A stretch of DNA of 64,000 nt from an uncultured Pseudomonadales bacterium (lineage in GTDB: Bacteria; Pseudomonadota; Gammaproteobacteria; Pseudomonadales; Pseudohongiellaceae): assembly GCA_949430125.1 (NCBI GenBank), contig CASQMQ010000025.1, positions 6,297 to 70,296 of the forward strand. Reading direction: 5' to 3'. Below, piece by piece: positions 8,094 through 17,113 of the stretch. Made by a program: the position numbers and the translations under genes. Position 1 is the first letter of the stretch. Every line of letters begins with the position of its first letter. The notes under the pieces were generated by a model, which was not told the DNA's origin, ran no database searches, and saw only the letters and a list, made by a program, of their open reading frames with translations.

Positions 8094-10265
8094 CTTGAGG
8101 CTCATACAGAACAATTACAGCACGCGCATGAACTCATCGAGCACTCTATCTTCTGGCGGATGACCTATCCTCTGCGCTTGTTGAGGAATGCGGTCGCTCC
8201 AGGCAGCAAGAAGCAAGATGCAGTGAAGGAGATACTGGCTATTGAGAATTCCGAGCAAGCGACGGGACAGATCGAAGGACAGCAACTAGAGAAGCAAAAG
8301 CTCGATAATTCGGCCAAGGGCGCGTTAGATAAGTTTTTAACGTCTACAGAGCAGTTACAGTTTCCAGAAACTGAGACCCCGCAACTTTCTATTATACTCG
8401 TGTTCTACCAGCAGGCACACCTCAGCTATCTCTGCCTGCAATCACTTCTTGAATTTGCCAACGTTTGTTACGAGCTAATCATAGTAGATAATAACTCCAC
8501 TGATGAAACTGCCAAACTTCTAAATAAGATTGATAACGCCACAATTATTCGCAACGCAGATAATTTTGGTTTTGTGAAGGCAGTAAATCAAGCAGCAGGA
8601 ATAGCTACAGGCGAGTACATCCTTCTTCTTAATAATGATGCACTTATAGAAAAAAATACCTTGTCAAATGCCCTGCAAGTAATCGAGTCAGATAAATCTA
8701 TTGGTGCTGTGGGCGCCAAGATCAAGTTGCTCGATGGCAGTATACAGGAGGCAGGAAGTATTATCTTCAGCGATGGAGCCTGCCTCGGCTACGGTCGCGG
8801 CAATGTATCGGACAATTATGAGTTTATGTTTCAGCGAGATGTTGACTATTGTTCCGGCGCTTTTCTGCTCTTCAGAAACAGTAATTTCAAAGCCCTCGGC
8901 GGATTCGACCTTGACTATGCGCCCGCCTACTATGAAGAGTCTGATTTCTGTATTCGTTTGCAAAAAAAGGGACTGCGTATCGTCTATGTACCCAGCTCCC
9001 AGATCACTCATTATGAATTCGCGAGCTGCGGCGGGATGGAGAATGCACAAAAACTGCAAGCCAAACATCGTGAAGTACTTTGCACTAAACACGCGGACTA
9101 TTTAGCGGAGCAATTCGCGAACGACGACAGTAAAGTTCTCCATGCTCGCACGCGCAACAATTTTCCAAACATACTCGTAATTGATGACCGGGTTCCCCAC
9201 CCTAGCCTTGGGTCTGGGTATCCTCGATGCTCAAGCATGCTTTTCGAACTGAGCAAGATGGATCTCAATATCAGCTTATATCCTCTTCAGTTTCCTGAGG
9301 AGCAATGGGACGACGTCTACAATACTCTGCCCAACACGATTGAAGTCATTCTGGAAAGTGGCCGTGACGGCTTGCAGTCGTTTCTAGCAGAGCGGAAAAA
9401 TTTTTTCCAATTCATCGTAGTGAGCCGTGTCCACAATATGGAATTCTTTAATTATTGCCTGAGTCTGGATCCTGACCTGTTGGGTGACGCCAAGATCATC
9501 TACGATGCTGAAGCCGTGTCTGCTCCTCGCGAAATTCTGCGTATGGAATTTCACGGCGAAGCCATGTCCGCTGAAGATCAAGCAAAGCTCATCGAAAAAG
9601 AGTTGCAACAATCTAAGCTGGCGGGAAAAATTGTTGCTGTATCAAACAACGAGGCCGAGATTTTCAAGCAACACGGCTATAGCAATACCGTCGTGCTCGG
9701 TCACACCATTGCCAGCAAACCTGGAAGGAACGAATTCAAGCAGCGCAGCGGCTTACTATTCGTGGGCGCGCTTCGAGACGAGGGCTCACCGAACGTCGAT
9801 TCATTGCTCTGGTTTCTGATCAATGTCTTCCCAATACTCGAACAGGCCATTCCCGACATAAAGCTCAATGTTGTTGGTGACAATTCGGCGCCTTCGCTGG
9901 CAACCATTGGCAAAGACAACATCAACTTCACCGGTCGTGTCGACTCAATTGAGGAGATCTATAACATCTCTCGCGTGTTCATTGCTCCGACGCGTTTCGC
10001 AGCAGGCATCCCACACAAGATTCACGAGGCCGCAGCGAAAGGATTGCCTTCGGTGACCACCCCACTGCTCGCGCAGCAGCTTGGATGGAAGGACTCAAAG
10101 GAATTACTCGTGGGCGATACACCTGAAGCCTATGCAGCCCAATGTATTAAGCTCTATCAGAACGAGAAGCTCTGGCAGGATGTTCGAGATGCGGGCTTAG
10201 CAGCGATAATCGAAGACTGTTCGCAAGAGACTTTCCGAAAAAAACTAGCCGGACTTTTTAGCTAA
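8064..10265 (+). CDS. Coiled-coil, GT2 and GT1/GT4-like glycosyltransferase, the C-terminal fragment of the disrupted multidomain GT
   Basis: It is in the same frame as 6978..7943 (offset 1086 nt). In-frame repeat-encoded sequence resumes in unit 3, at about 7975. The GT2 region is LSIILVFYQQ...IIVDNNSTDET...LLLNNDA. The C-terminal GT-B-like region is LLFVGA...NINFTGRVDS...IPHKIHEAAAKGLP. The only canonical start is TTG 8064, and it has no Shine-Dalgarno sequence. Confidence 0.75.
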   Translation: MEQQTQNFKNLEAHTEQLQHAHELIEHSIFWRMTYPLRLLRNAVAPGSKKQDAVKEILAIENSEQATGQIEGQQLEKQKLDNSAKGALDKFLTSTEQLQFPETETPQLSIILVFYQQAHLSYLCLQSLLEFANVCYELIIVDNNSTDETAKLLNKIDNATIIRNADNFGFVKAVNQAAGIATGEYILLLNNDALIEKNTLSNALQVIESDKSIGAVGAKIKLLDGSIQEAGSIIFSDGACLGYGRGNVSDNYEFMFQRDVDYCSGAFLLFRNSNFKALGGFDLDYAPAYYEESDFCIRLQKKGLRIVYVPSSQITHYEFASCGGMENAQKLQAKHREVLCTKHADYLAEQFANDDSKVLHARTRNNFPNILVIDDRVPHPSLGSGYPRCSSMLFELSKMDLNISLYPLQFPEEQWDDVYNTLPNTIEVILESGRDGLQSFLAERKNFFQFIVVSRVHNMEFFNYCLSLDPDLLGDAKIIYDAEAVSAPREILRMEFHGEAMSAEDQAKLIEKELQQSKLAGKIVAVSNNEAEIFKQHGYSNTVVLGHTIASKPGRNEFKQRSGLLFVGALRDEGSPNVDSLLWFLINVFPILEQAIPDIKLNVVGDNSAPSLATIGKDNINFTGRVDSIEEIYNISRVFIAPTRFAAGIPHKIHEAAAKGLPSVTTPLLAQQLGWKDSKELLVGDTPEAYAAQCIKLYQNEKLWQDVRDAGLAAIIEDCSQETFRKKLAGLFS

Positions 10266-11197
10266 AACCGTCTAGCCAAGCGATAAATGAGGCGCTGCAC
10301 AATACCAATCTTAATCCCCATCCCTATGCAGAGTCGCAGGCTTAGCCGCTCCCTGCCAGACAACTGAGATCCATAGCGGCGATTAAACTCGGCCGCTTGA
10401 ATAGATACCTCAATCAGATGTTCACTAGGCTTTCGCGCCAGTATCCTACTCCACAATGACATGCTGACAACAGAAACCTTAGTAAACTCTTTTGCCCCGA
10501 TGGTGTTATTGCCATGTTGGCGGTAATGCACCAAGGGAGTATCCAGGTAGACTAATTTCCCGAATGCAGTAGCAACTAGAGCCAGCCACCAATCGTGCAT
10601 GATCGCCTTTTCAGGAATTGGTAGCGCCTTCTCCGCTAGAGGCTCGTTAATCAGCGCGGTGCATCCTGTCACTAAATTACTGATAACGAGATTGGGAAAG
10701 CTATTCCTCTCAATTTCTAAACCCTGATAGCTAATCAAGGATTTCGCTATCACCATATTTTGCTCGGAAACTACTTCGAGATCGCTATGAACAATTATGG
10801 GTAATGTAGAACCGTTATCCGCTTCCGTTGCCAGCATCGCCGCCAACAGTTTCTCTATCTTCTCAGGAAACCATGTATCGTCCTGATCACAGAACATCAT
10901 ATAAATCGACTTCAACCCTAGTAACTCTTTGCTCTTAAGTACGTAATCGGCAAGGAAGGCGAAGCTAGCGCTCGCTCCCATATTTACACCATCGCGAGAT
11001 ATAAGATGAATTCGTTCTGGATGATCACCAGCATAGCTCTCAAGAATAGAAACCGTTCTGTCACGCGAACCGTCGTCTCTCACTACCAGAATGAAATTTT
11101 TATGGGATTGGGCTAGCAACGAATCAAGTTGTTCACCGAGGAATTTCTCCCCGTTGTAGGTCGAGAGCAGTACAGCGATCTTTGTGTATATGCTCAT
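10262..11197 (-). CDS. Family-2 glycosyltransferase
   Basis: IAVLLSTYNGEKFLGEQLDSLLAQSHKNFILVVRDDGS and the DxD motif in FCDQDDTW. The 311-aa ORF shares 4 nt with the end of the convergent plus-strand GT gene. Confidence 0.85.
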   Translation of the reverse strand: MSIYTKIAVLLSTYNGEKFLGEQLDSLLAQSHKNFILVVRDDGSRDRTVSILESYAGDHPERIHLISRDGVNMGASASFAFLADYVLKSKELLGLKSIYMMFCDQDDTWFPEKIEKLLAAMLATEADNGSTLPIIVHSDLEVVSEQNMVIAKSLISYQGLEIERNSFPNLVISNLVTGCTALINEPLAEKALPIPEKAIMHDWWLALVATAFGKLVYLDTPLVHYRQHGNNTIGAKEFTKVSVVSMSLWSRILARKPSEHLIEVSIQAAEFNRRYGSQLSGRERLSLRLCIGMGIKIGIVQRLIYRLARRF

Positions 11198-11203
11198 CTG
11201 CTA

Positions 11204-12217
11204 CTAAACCAGTGTCTTGGCATCACGAATGCCGGAACGAATAGTTTGAAAATATTGACGGCGCTGCCCAGAGGTTGCCAATAACCAGCTTGCTTTTAGT
11301 GTGAAGCGAATCATGTCGCGCAACTTCCATCCCAAGGGAGAATAGACTGCGCCATAGAGATGAATTCTATTCCTACTGGAATAATAGATACGTGAGGGAT
11401 TGTGCTGAGCGATTAATCCTGCTTTCACCAACGGATTGGAGCTGCGCTCACCTATAGCGTGGTACAGCACTGCCGCGTCGGTACCCACCAGGTCGAAACC
11501 CAGCGACTTGGCACGAAAGCACCATTCCAGATCGATATTATCAATAAAGTAACTTTCTTTCATGTCTCCCACCTCATCGATACATTTGAGAGCGAGCAGA
11601 GATCCGGAAGTAATAAGAAAATCAGCGATGAAATGCTTCCCCTGACCCGCGAAGGATCGATCGGAACGCCAGAAGATCTTGCTGAACAATTTAAATGGCG
11701 ACTGACGCATAGTCTGAGGATTGATAATTCTAGGGCCTATTGCGGCTATACCATTCTCGCTGAAGCGACTCGCCTCGATGTGCGCGTCTACCATACGCGC
11801 TATGAAAAGGTTGCAGAGGCTACTGTCCTGATCGAACAGGAACACGTACTCATAATTTTTAGATCGCGCGCAATTGATGCCTTGATTGAGAGCCTTTGCC
11901 AGGCCTTCGTTCTCGTTGAGGCGAATTAATTCGATACAGCGCTTATAGACCATGATCGACGCTGCCAGCTCGTCGATTGCGACGGATCCATTGTCGATGA
12001 CTAGAAAGTCGGTTTCCTTGTTGAGCTGATTAACCAGTTTTAGTAATGCAGTTATATCGGGGTTGTAGGTGACCACAACAGCGCAGCTACCCCTTTGCAC
12101 AGGGTTAGTCGCCTCAGTGCCGTCGCTAGCTGTCACCTGGCACTTCCGCAGAGATAGTGAGTCGAGTTGGATCGCTGCTGGATATGATAAGGAAATAGCC
12201 AATGGACAGCACGCCAA
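11204..12217 (-). CDS. Family-2 glycosyltransferase, rhamnosyltransferase-like
   Basis: AVVVTYNPD...FLVIDNGS...FLFDQDS is the pattern seen in WbbL/RfbQ-type GT2 enzymes. The start is uncertain: ATG 12217 overlaps the upstream gene by 92 nt. In-frame GTG codons at 12136 or 12100 (VQRGSCAVVVTYNP) are more plausible. Confidence 0.8.
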   Translation of the reverse strand: MACCPLAISLSYPAAIQLDSLSLRKCQVTASDGTEATNPVQRGSCAVVVTYNPDITALLKLVNQLNKETDFLVIDNGSVAIDELAASIMVYKRCIELIRLNENEGLAKALNQGINCARSKNYEYVFLFDQDSSLCNLFIARMVDAHIEASRFSENGIAAIGPRIINPQTMRQSPFKLFSKIFWRSDRSFAGQGKHFIADFLITSGSLLALKCIDEVGDMKESYFIDNIDLEWCFRAKSLGFDLVGTDAAVLYHAIGERSSNPLVKAGLIAQHNPSRIYYSSRNRIHLYGAVYSPLGWKLRDMIRFTLKASWLLATSGQRRQYFQTIRSGIRDAKTLV

Positions 12218-12635
12218 GGCTCAAGCCGACAACTACTCCCGCATCCAAGATCCCGCGCCAGGGCTGCGGCATGCTGCGCGCAATAAGTACAAAACAAATG
12301 ATCATAGTAGTCAGCGCGACGGAGACAATCTGTCGTCTGCGAGTCGCATAGATATAACCCATGCAGAAAAGTGGCGCGAGCAGCAAATGTAATGGTCGCG
12401 GGTTATTGGCGAGATAACGGGCTCGAACAACCACTCTGGGCGCGAAGCCCAGATGAAACCCCTTATAACCTTCCGCATAGGCCATGTAGATTACGCTGAA
12501 AGCCAAGGTTAACCAGTGGACCATACTCATAGACGAGTTTTCTAGCTCAAGCGCCATAGGTGCTAGCCTAAATATCGCGAATATCAGCAGTAATAAGACC
12601 CCGCCAATACCCCATGCCATTCCAAATACTTTCAA
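12126..12635 (-). CDS. Integral membrane protein of unknown function
   Basis: 169 aa with 4-5 hydrophobic helices and no motif I recognise. It is co-directional with, and overlaps, the downstream GT gene. Confidence 0.5.
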   Translation of the reverse strand: MKVFGMAWGIGGVLLLLIFAIFRLAPMALELENSSMSMVHWLTLAFSVIYMAYAEGYKGFHLGFAPRVVVRARYLANNPRPLHLLLAPLFCMGYIYATRRRQIVSVALTTMIICFVLIARSMPQPWRGILDAGVVVGLSLGVLSIGYFLIISSSDPTRLTISAEVPGDS

Positions 12636-12878
12636 TTTAATTCACTGCCTAGATTCGATTCTCCATTATAGCGGCTTTGCTGCAGAATTTGAAAAATCTT
12701 TCTAGGCCGTCTCTGAACAATTCCAAGGCACTCTTGAGTATCTAGGGACTTGCCGCAGGTTTGGAACATCGCTTCTGCAGATAAAGTGAGATATTATTTC
12801 GCCCTGTTATCAGCGGCCACAATCCACTGAGATTACCTAGCCACCTCCTCTGCTTCAGCTCACTACAGGATAGATCGA

Positions 12879-13832
12879 ATGGGTGTAAAACTTGGTGTAG
12901 TGATGGATCCCATCGAATCCATCACTGTTAAGAAAGACACGACTCTGGCTATGTTATTGGCCGCGCAAAAGCGTGGCTGGGTAATTCACTATATATTGCA
13001 GTCAGACATGTATCTTGATCAGGGCCAATCCCGAGCGACAATTCAAACCCTCTCGGTTAAAGATGACGAGAAGGATTGGTTCAGCCTAGGCAGCAAGACC
13101 GATATCGCCTTATCGGAACTAGATGTCGTTCTCATGCGCAAAGATCCTCCATTCGACATGGATTATATCTATTCAACTTATCTGTTAGAGCAGGCGCAGC
13201 GTGAAGGGGTGATGATAGTCAACGATCCACAAAGCCTGCGTGACTGTAACGAGAAGTTGTTTGCCACTCAATTTCCGCAATGCTGTCCACCACTGGTCGT
13301 CGCCTCTTCACAAGAAAAGCTAAAGGCATTTCACAAACAGCACGAAGACGTAATATATAAGCCACTAGATGGCATGGGTGGCGCGTCAATATTTCGAGTA
13401 AAGGCTGGCGACCCCAACCTAAGCGTCGTCATAGAGACCCTAACCGATAAAGGCCGACTACAGATTATGGCGCAGAAGTTCATTCCCGATATCGTGAACG
13501 GCGACAAGCGTATCCTAATGATCGACGGCGAGCCTGTAGACTATGCGCTCGCCAGAATTCCTGCTTCCGGGGAGACTAGAGGAAATCTGGCGGCCGGTGG
13601 CAGCGGCGTAGCGCAGGAACTGACCAAGAAGGATCGCTGGATTTGTGAACAGATCGGTCCTGCTCTTCGAGAAAAGGGCCTAATCTTCGTAGGGCTCGAT
13701 GTGATAGGTGACTATCTAACTGAGATCAATGTCACCAGCCCAACTTGCATACGCGAGATAGACAAGGCGTTTAGTCTCGACATAGCTGACGACCTGATGC
13801 ACTGTATCCAGGCGAAACTAAACGCCGCCTGA
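12879..13832 (+). CDS. gshB: Glutathione synthetase
   Basis: 317 aa. MGVKLGVVMDPIESITVKKDTTLAMLLAAQKRGW and the ATP-grasp C-terminus (KPLDGMGGASIFRV, GETRGNLAAGG) match GshB. Confidence 0.95.
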   Translation: MGVKLGVVMDPIESITVKKDTTLAMLLAAQKRGWVIHYILQSDMYLDQGQSRATIQTLSVKDDEKDWFSLGSKTDIALSELDVVLMRKDPPFDMDYIYSTYLLEQAQREGVMIVNDPQSLRDCNEKLFATQFPQCCPPLVVASSQEKLKAFHKQHEDVIYKPLDGMGGASIFRVKAGDPNLSVVIETLTDKGRLQIMAQKFIPDIVNGDKRILMIDGEPVDYALARIPASGETRGNLAAGGSGVAQELTKKDRWICEQIGPALREKGLIFVGLDVIGDYLTEINVTSPTCIREIDKAFSLDIADDLMHCIQAKLNAA

Positions 13833-13863
13833 TAGCAGCAGAAGGCCCCAATGAGGCGGATAC

Positions 13864-14739
13864 ATGGCAACAAGCGATGAGGACCTTTCTACAGAGCGTT
13901 TCGGCTTTACTGTCTTTCTCTCGGCTTGTGCTCACGCAATCATAATTCTGGGTGTCGGTTTTACCTACCTTGAAGAATTGAATAGCGAGCCCGCCCTCGA
14001 AATTACCATGGCGCAGTACAGAAGCGAATTCGCTCCCGACAAGGCTGATTTTCTGGCACAGGAAAATCAAATCGGCAGTGGCACACTCGATAGCGCTGCT
14101 GCACCTAGCACTCCCTTTAAGTCCGACTTCAATGATGAAGTGATTCAAGAAGTTATACCCATTCCGCAGGCGCCAGAGATTGTAAACGAAATAGAGGTGC
14201 GAGACGCTGCTATAATTTCTTCGATTCAGAATGAGCAGCAGGTGCAACAACAACTTGATAAGCTCGAACCCAAGGACGAGAAACCTGTGTCCGAAGAATC
14301 TACTCCGGGCGATCTAAGTCTCGCTATTGCGAGTCTACAAGCACAGCTCGATCTACAATTTCAAGCCTATGCCAAACGACCGAGGAGATACACCATCTCT
14401 TCCGCTTCGACAAAGAAAAGCCATGACGCACTCTATTTGAACAGCTGGCGAAGAAGAGTCGAAGCCGTTGGCAATATAAATTATCCAATTGCAGCGAGAC
14501 AGCAACAACTCTACGGTAGTCTCAGGATGCTAGTCGCGTTGTTTCCAAATGGCGAAGTCTCAGAAATTCAAATATTGCAGTCATCGGGACATAGACTTCT
14601 AGATCAGGCTGCGGTACAGATCGTCAACATGGCTGCGCCATTCGATCCTTTCCCGGAGGCAATGCGTGCCGAAGCTGATATACTGGAAGTCATACGAACG
14701 TGGCGCTTCCACGAAGGAAATGCATTAACCAGTTTCTAA
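13864..14739 (+). CDS. TonB-family protein with a TonB C-terminal domain
   Basis: It has an N-terminal TM helix (FTVFLSACAHAIIILGV), an acidic and Q-rich linker, and the C-terminus YPIAARQQQLYGSLRMLVALFPNGEVSEIQILQSSGHRLLDQAAVQIV. Its position after gshB matches tonB3 of P. aeruginosa, from memory. Confidence 0.7.
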   Translation: MATSDEDLSTERFGFTVFLSACAHAIIILGVGFTYLEELNSEPALEITMAQYRSEFAPDKADFLAQENQIGSGTLDSAAAPSTPFKSDFNDEVIQEVIPIPQAPEIVNEIEVRDAAIISSIQNEQQVQQQLDKLEPKDEKPVSEESTPGDLSLAIASLQAQLDLQFQAYAKRPRRYTISSASTKKSHDALYLNSWRRRVEAVGNINYPIAARQQQLYGSLRMLVALFPNGEVSEIQILQSSGHRLLDQAAVQIVNMAAPFDPFPEAMRAEADILEVIRTWRFHEGNALTSF

Positions 14740-14815
14740 AGCGCCTCTGAATAATTTCATGGCTCCTTAGAATTTTTTCTATTCATAGAACTATCACTCA
14801 CGACCATTCCAAGCA

Positions 14816-15394
14816 ATGACAGACATCAATGGCACAAGTTACCTAGAGAATCAGTTCCTGATCGCGATGCCGCAGATGGAAGATTCCTATTTCGCTAACA
14901 CCGTAACCTATCTTTGGAAGCACAACGGTGATGGCGCGCTGGGTATCGTCATCAATAAACCGTTGGAAGCCAGTGTTGCCGACATATTCGACGAATTGGA
15001 AATCGAGTGCAGCATCAAACAAGGCGCCTTTCGAGAAGAGGCCGTGCTAGCCGGCGGGCCTGTGGAACAAGACAAGGGCTTCATCATTCATGATGCCTCA
15101 AAGAACTGGGAATCATCCATATCGGTAACTGAAGAGATCAATATCTGCACGTCAAAGTCTATCCTCGAAGACATAGCGAGCGGCAACGGGCCAGAGAATT
15201 ATCTTATCGCCCTAGGTTGCGCGGGCTGGGAAGCAGGTCAACTGGAACGCGAGATCACTACAAATGCCTGGCTCACGGTGCCTGCAGACCCTGCGCTGAT
15301 CTTCTCTAACGATTATGAAAACAAACCACAGCGCGCGGCTTCACTTCTAGGCGTCGATTTACAGCAGCTCGCTCCAGAAGCTGGCCACTCCTAA
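14816..15394 (+). CDS. yqgE: YqgE/AlgH family protein
   Basis: LENQFLIAMPQMEDSYFANTVTYLWKHNGDGALGIVINKP is the family N-terminus. The gene precedes ruvX, as is usual. Confidence 0.9.
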   Translation: MTDINGTSYLENQFLIAMPQMEDSYFANTVTYLWKHNGDGALGIVINKPLEASVADIFDELEIECSIKQGAFREEAVLAGGPVEQDKGFIIHDASKNWESSISVTEEINICTSKSILEDIASGNGPENYLIALGCAGWEAGQLEREITTNAWLTVPADPALIFSNDYENKPQRAASLLGVDLQQLAPEAGHS

Positions 15395-15406
15395 ACTGGT
15401 TTATTC

Positions 15407-15856
15407 GTGATAATCCACAGCTTCCCCAATAATGACGAACCAGTTTCCGCTCTCGGATTTGACTACGGTACGCAGCGTATCGGCGTGGCATTCGGTCAGA
15501 GTCTTACAGGAACGGCTCAACGGATTTGTGTGCTGAAGGCGAGAGATGGCATTCCGGACTGGGATCAGATAGAAGCTTTAATAGGCGAGTGGAAGCCTAA
15601 CCTTTTTGTAGTAGGTATTCCTTATAACCTCGATGGCAGCGAGAGCGAGCTCATGGTTCGAGCCACCAAGTTTGCAAACCGTTTGAACGGTCGTTTTCAC
15701 AAACCCAGCTACTCAATGGATGAACGTCTCTCTTCAGTTGAAGCTGCGGAACTGGCACTCAAAGAAAACAGTGGCGCAAAAAAAAGAGCCGCTATAGATG
15801 ATATAGCGGCTCAGATTATTCTAGAAAATTGGTTTTCAGAATTGGCTGCCAGCTAA
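15407..15856 (+). CDS. ruvX: Holliday junction resolvase-like protein RuvX (YqgF)
   Basis: ALGFDYGTQRIGVAFGQ...IPDWDQIEALIGEWKPNLFVVGIPYNLDGSES...DERLSSVEA, 149 aa. Confidence 0.9.
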   Translation: MIIHSFPNNDEPVSALGFDYGTQRIGVAFGQSLTGTAQRICVLKARDGIPDWDQIEALIGEWKPNLFVVGIPYNLDGSESELMVRATKFANRLNGRFHKPSYSMDERLSSVEAAELALKENSGAKKRAAIDDIAAQIILENWFSELAAS

Positions 15857-15889
15857 AAATCTTAGATAGCCTACTATTCTAATTCTACC

Positions 15890-16910
15890 CTAAAACGAAT
15901 CAGGCATTTTCACTTCTTCTCTGCTTGCCATGCCTTTCTACAACAGATCTTTCAGAAATTAATCTAGAGCCTGAAATCCTACACTGGCACATTTTTGTAT
16001 CTCTGAACACATCTGCGCAACCTTGTCCTCGCGAATCAAGTTACGGATTGCCGATGTTTCCATCATGATTTTGTGCGGCAACTCGACCGTCGCCCGGCTT
16101 CTTTAACAAAGTTTGCTAAATAACTGATTATAGTGATTCCGACAACATAGATCTTACCAAATCTTTTCCTGCTGCTAGGAATACGTCGATAACCCTGTCG
16201 ATCGTTTTCGCTGCAGCAGTTGTATGCAGAGCACCAAAAACTAAATGGCCCGTTTCAGCAGCAGTTAATGCAAGCCGAATCGTTTCCAAATCTCGTGGCT
16301 CACCAATAAGAATGATGTCGGGGTTTTCACGAAGTGCGGAGCGTAATGCCTCGTTAAAGCCATGTGTATCTCTATGAACTTCGCGTTGGTTCGCCAGGCA
16401 TTTCTTGCTCTCATGAACAAATTCGATCGGAGCCTCAATGGTGAAAATATGCTCGTACTTCGTCTCATTGATATAATCAACCATTGCTGCGAGCGTCGTA
16501 CTTTTTCCTTAACCTGTCGGTCCGCTTACTACTACCAATCCTCAAGGCAAATCGCAAATCTTCCTGAAGATTTAACCCATCCCTAATTGCTCCGTAGTCA
16601 TAATCCTAGAGGGGATAGTACGAAAAACTACAGCGGAACCACGATTCTGCGTAAAGGCATTTACCCGAAAGCAGACAAGATTTGGAACTTCAAACGAGAA
16701 GTCGGTTTCTAGAAACTCTTCATAATCTTTTCGCTGCTTATCATTCATGATTTCATAAATAAGCGAGTGAACTTCTTTGTGATCCATTTTGGCCACATTG
16801 ATTCGACAGATATCGCCATTAACACGAATGAGTGGCGACATAGCAGCGGTGATGTGTAAATCCGAAGTACCTTGCTTTACGCTGAACCCAAGTAGTTCTG
16901 CAATATCTAT
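15890..16910 (-). pseudogene. pilT: Decayed twitching-motility ATPase PilT
   Basis: Collinear PilT homology runs over about 340 codons: (I)DIAELLGFSVKQGTSDLHITAAMSPLIRVNGD...GPTG*GKSTTLAAMVDYINE...PDIILIGEPRDLETIRLALTAAETGHLVFGALHT. The start is ATA (16910-16908) behind an AGGGAG Shine-Dalgarno sequence. In-frame stops lie at 16574-16572, 16544-16542 (where Arg is expected in PRG), 16511-16509 (inside Walker A) and 16130-16128. Three further stops and a frameshift lie between 15890 and 16127. Confidence 0.9.
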
Positions 16911-17113
16911 TTTTCTCCCTTACCGCTTTTTATAGTTTTTATACTGCTCAGCAGGTCCGCGAGTGTTAACTTCTAAATCCAGTCGCTTGCATCAGTCTTT
17001 TTATTAGCGACTCAGAGCCCTGATACCACTAGCCAATAGTCGCGAGCTACCCTATAGTATATGTCCTGTAGCGAATATCTCATACCCAGCTAGCGCATAA
17101 TCCGAATCAAAAC

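Noticed and set aside
6944-12878. The glycosyltransferase cassette as a mobile genomic island
   Set aside because: I could recognise no integrase, transposase, tRNA target, flanking direct repeats or obvious compositional break by eye. It is kept only as a synteny-break observation.
16128-16841. ORF-track entries 16128..16484 and 16572..16841 as independent small genes
   Set aside because: They are in the same frame and collinear with PilT. They are separated only by in-frame stops, so they are fragments of one pseudogene.
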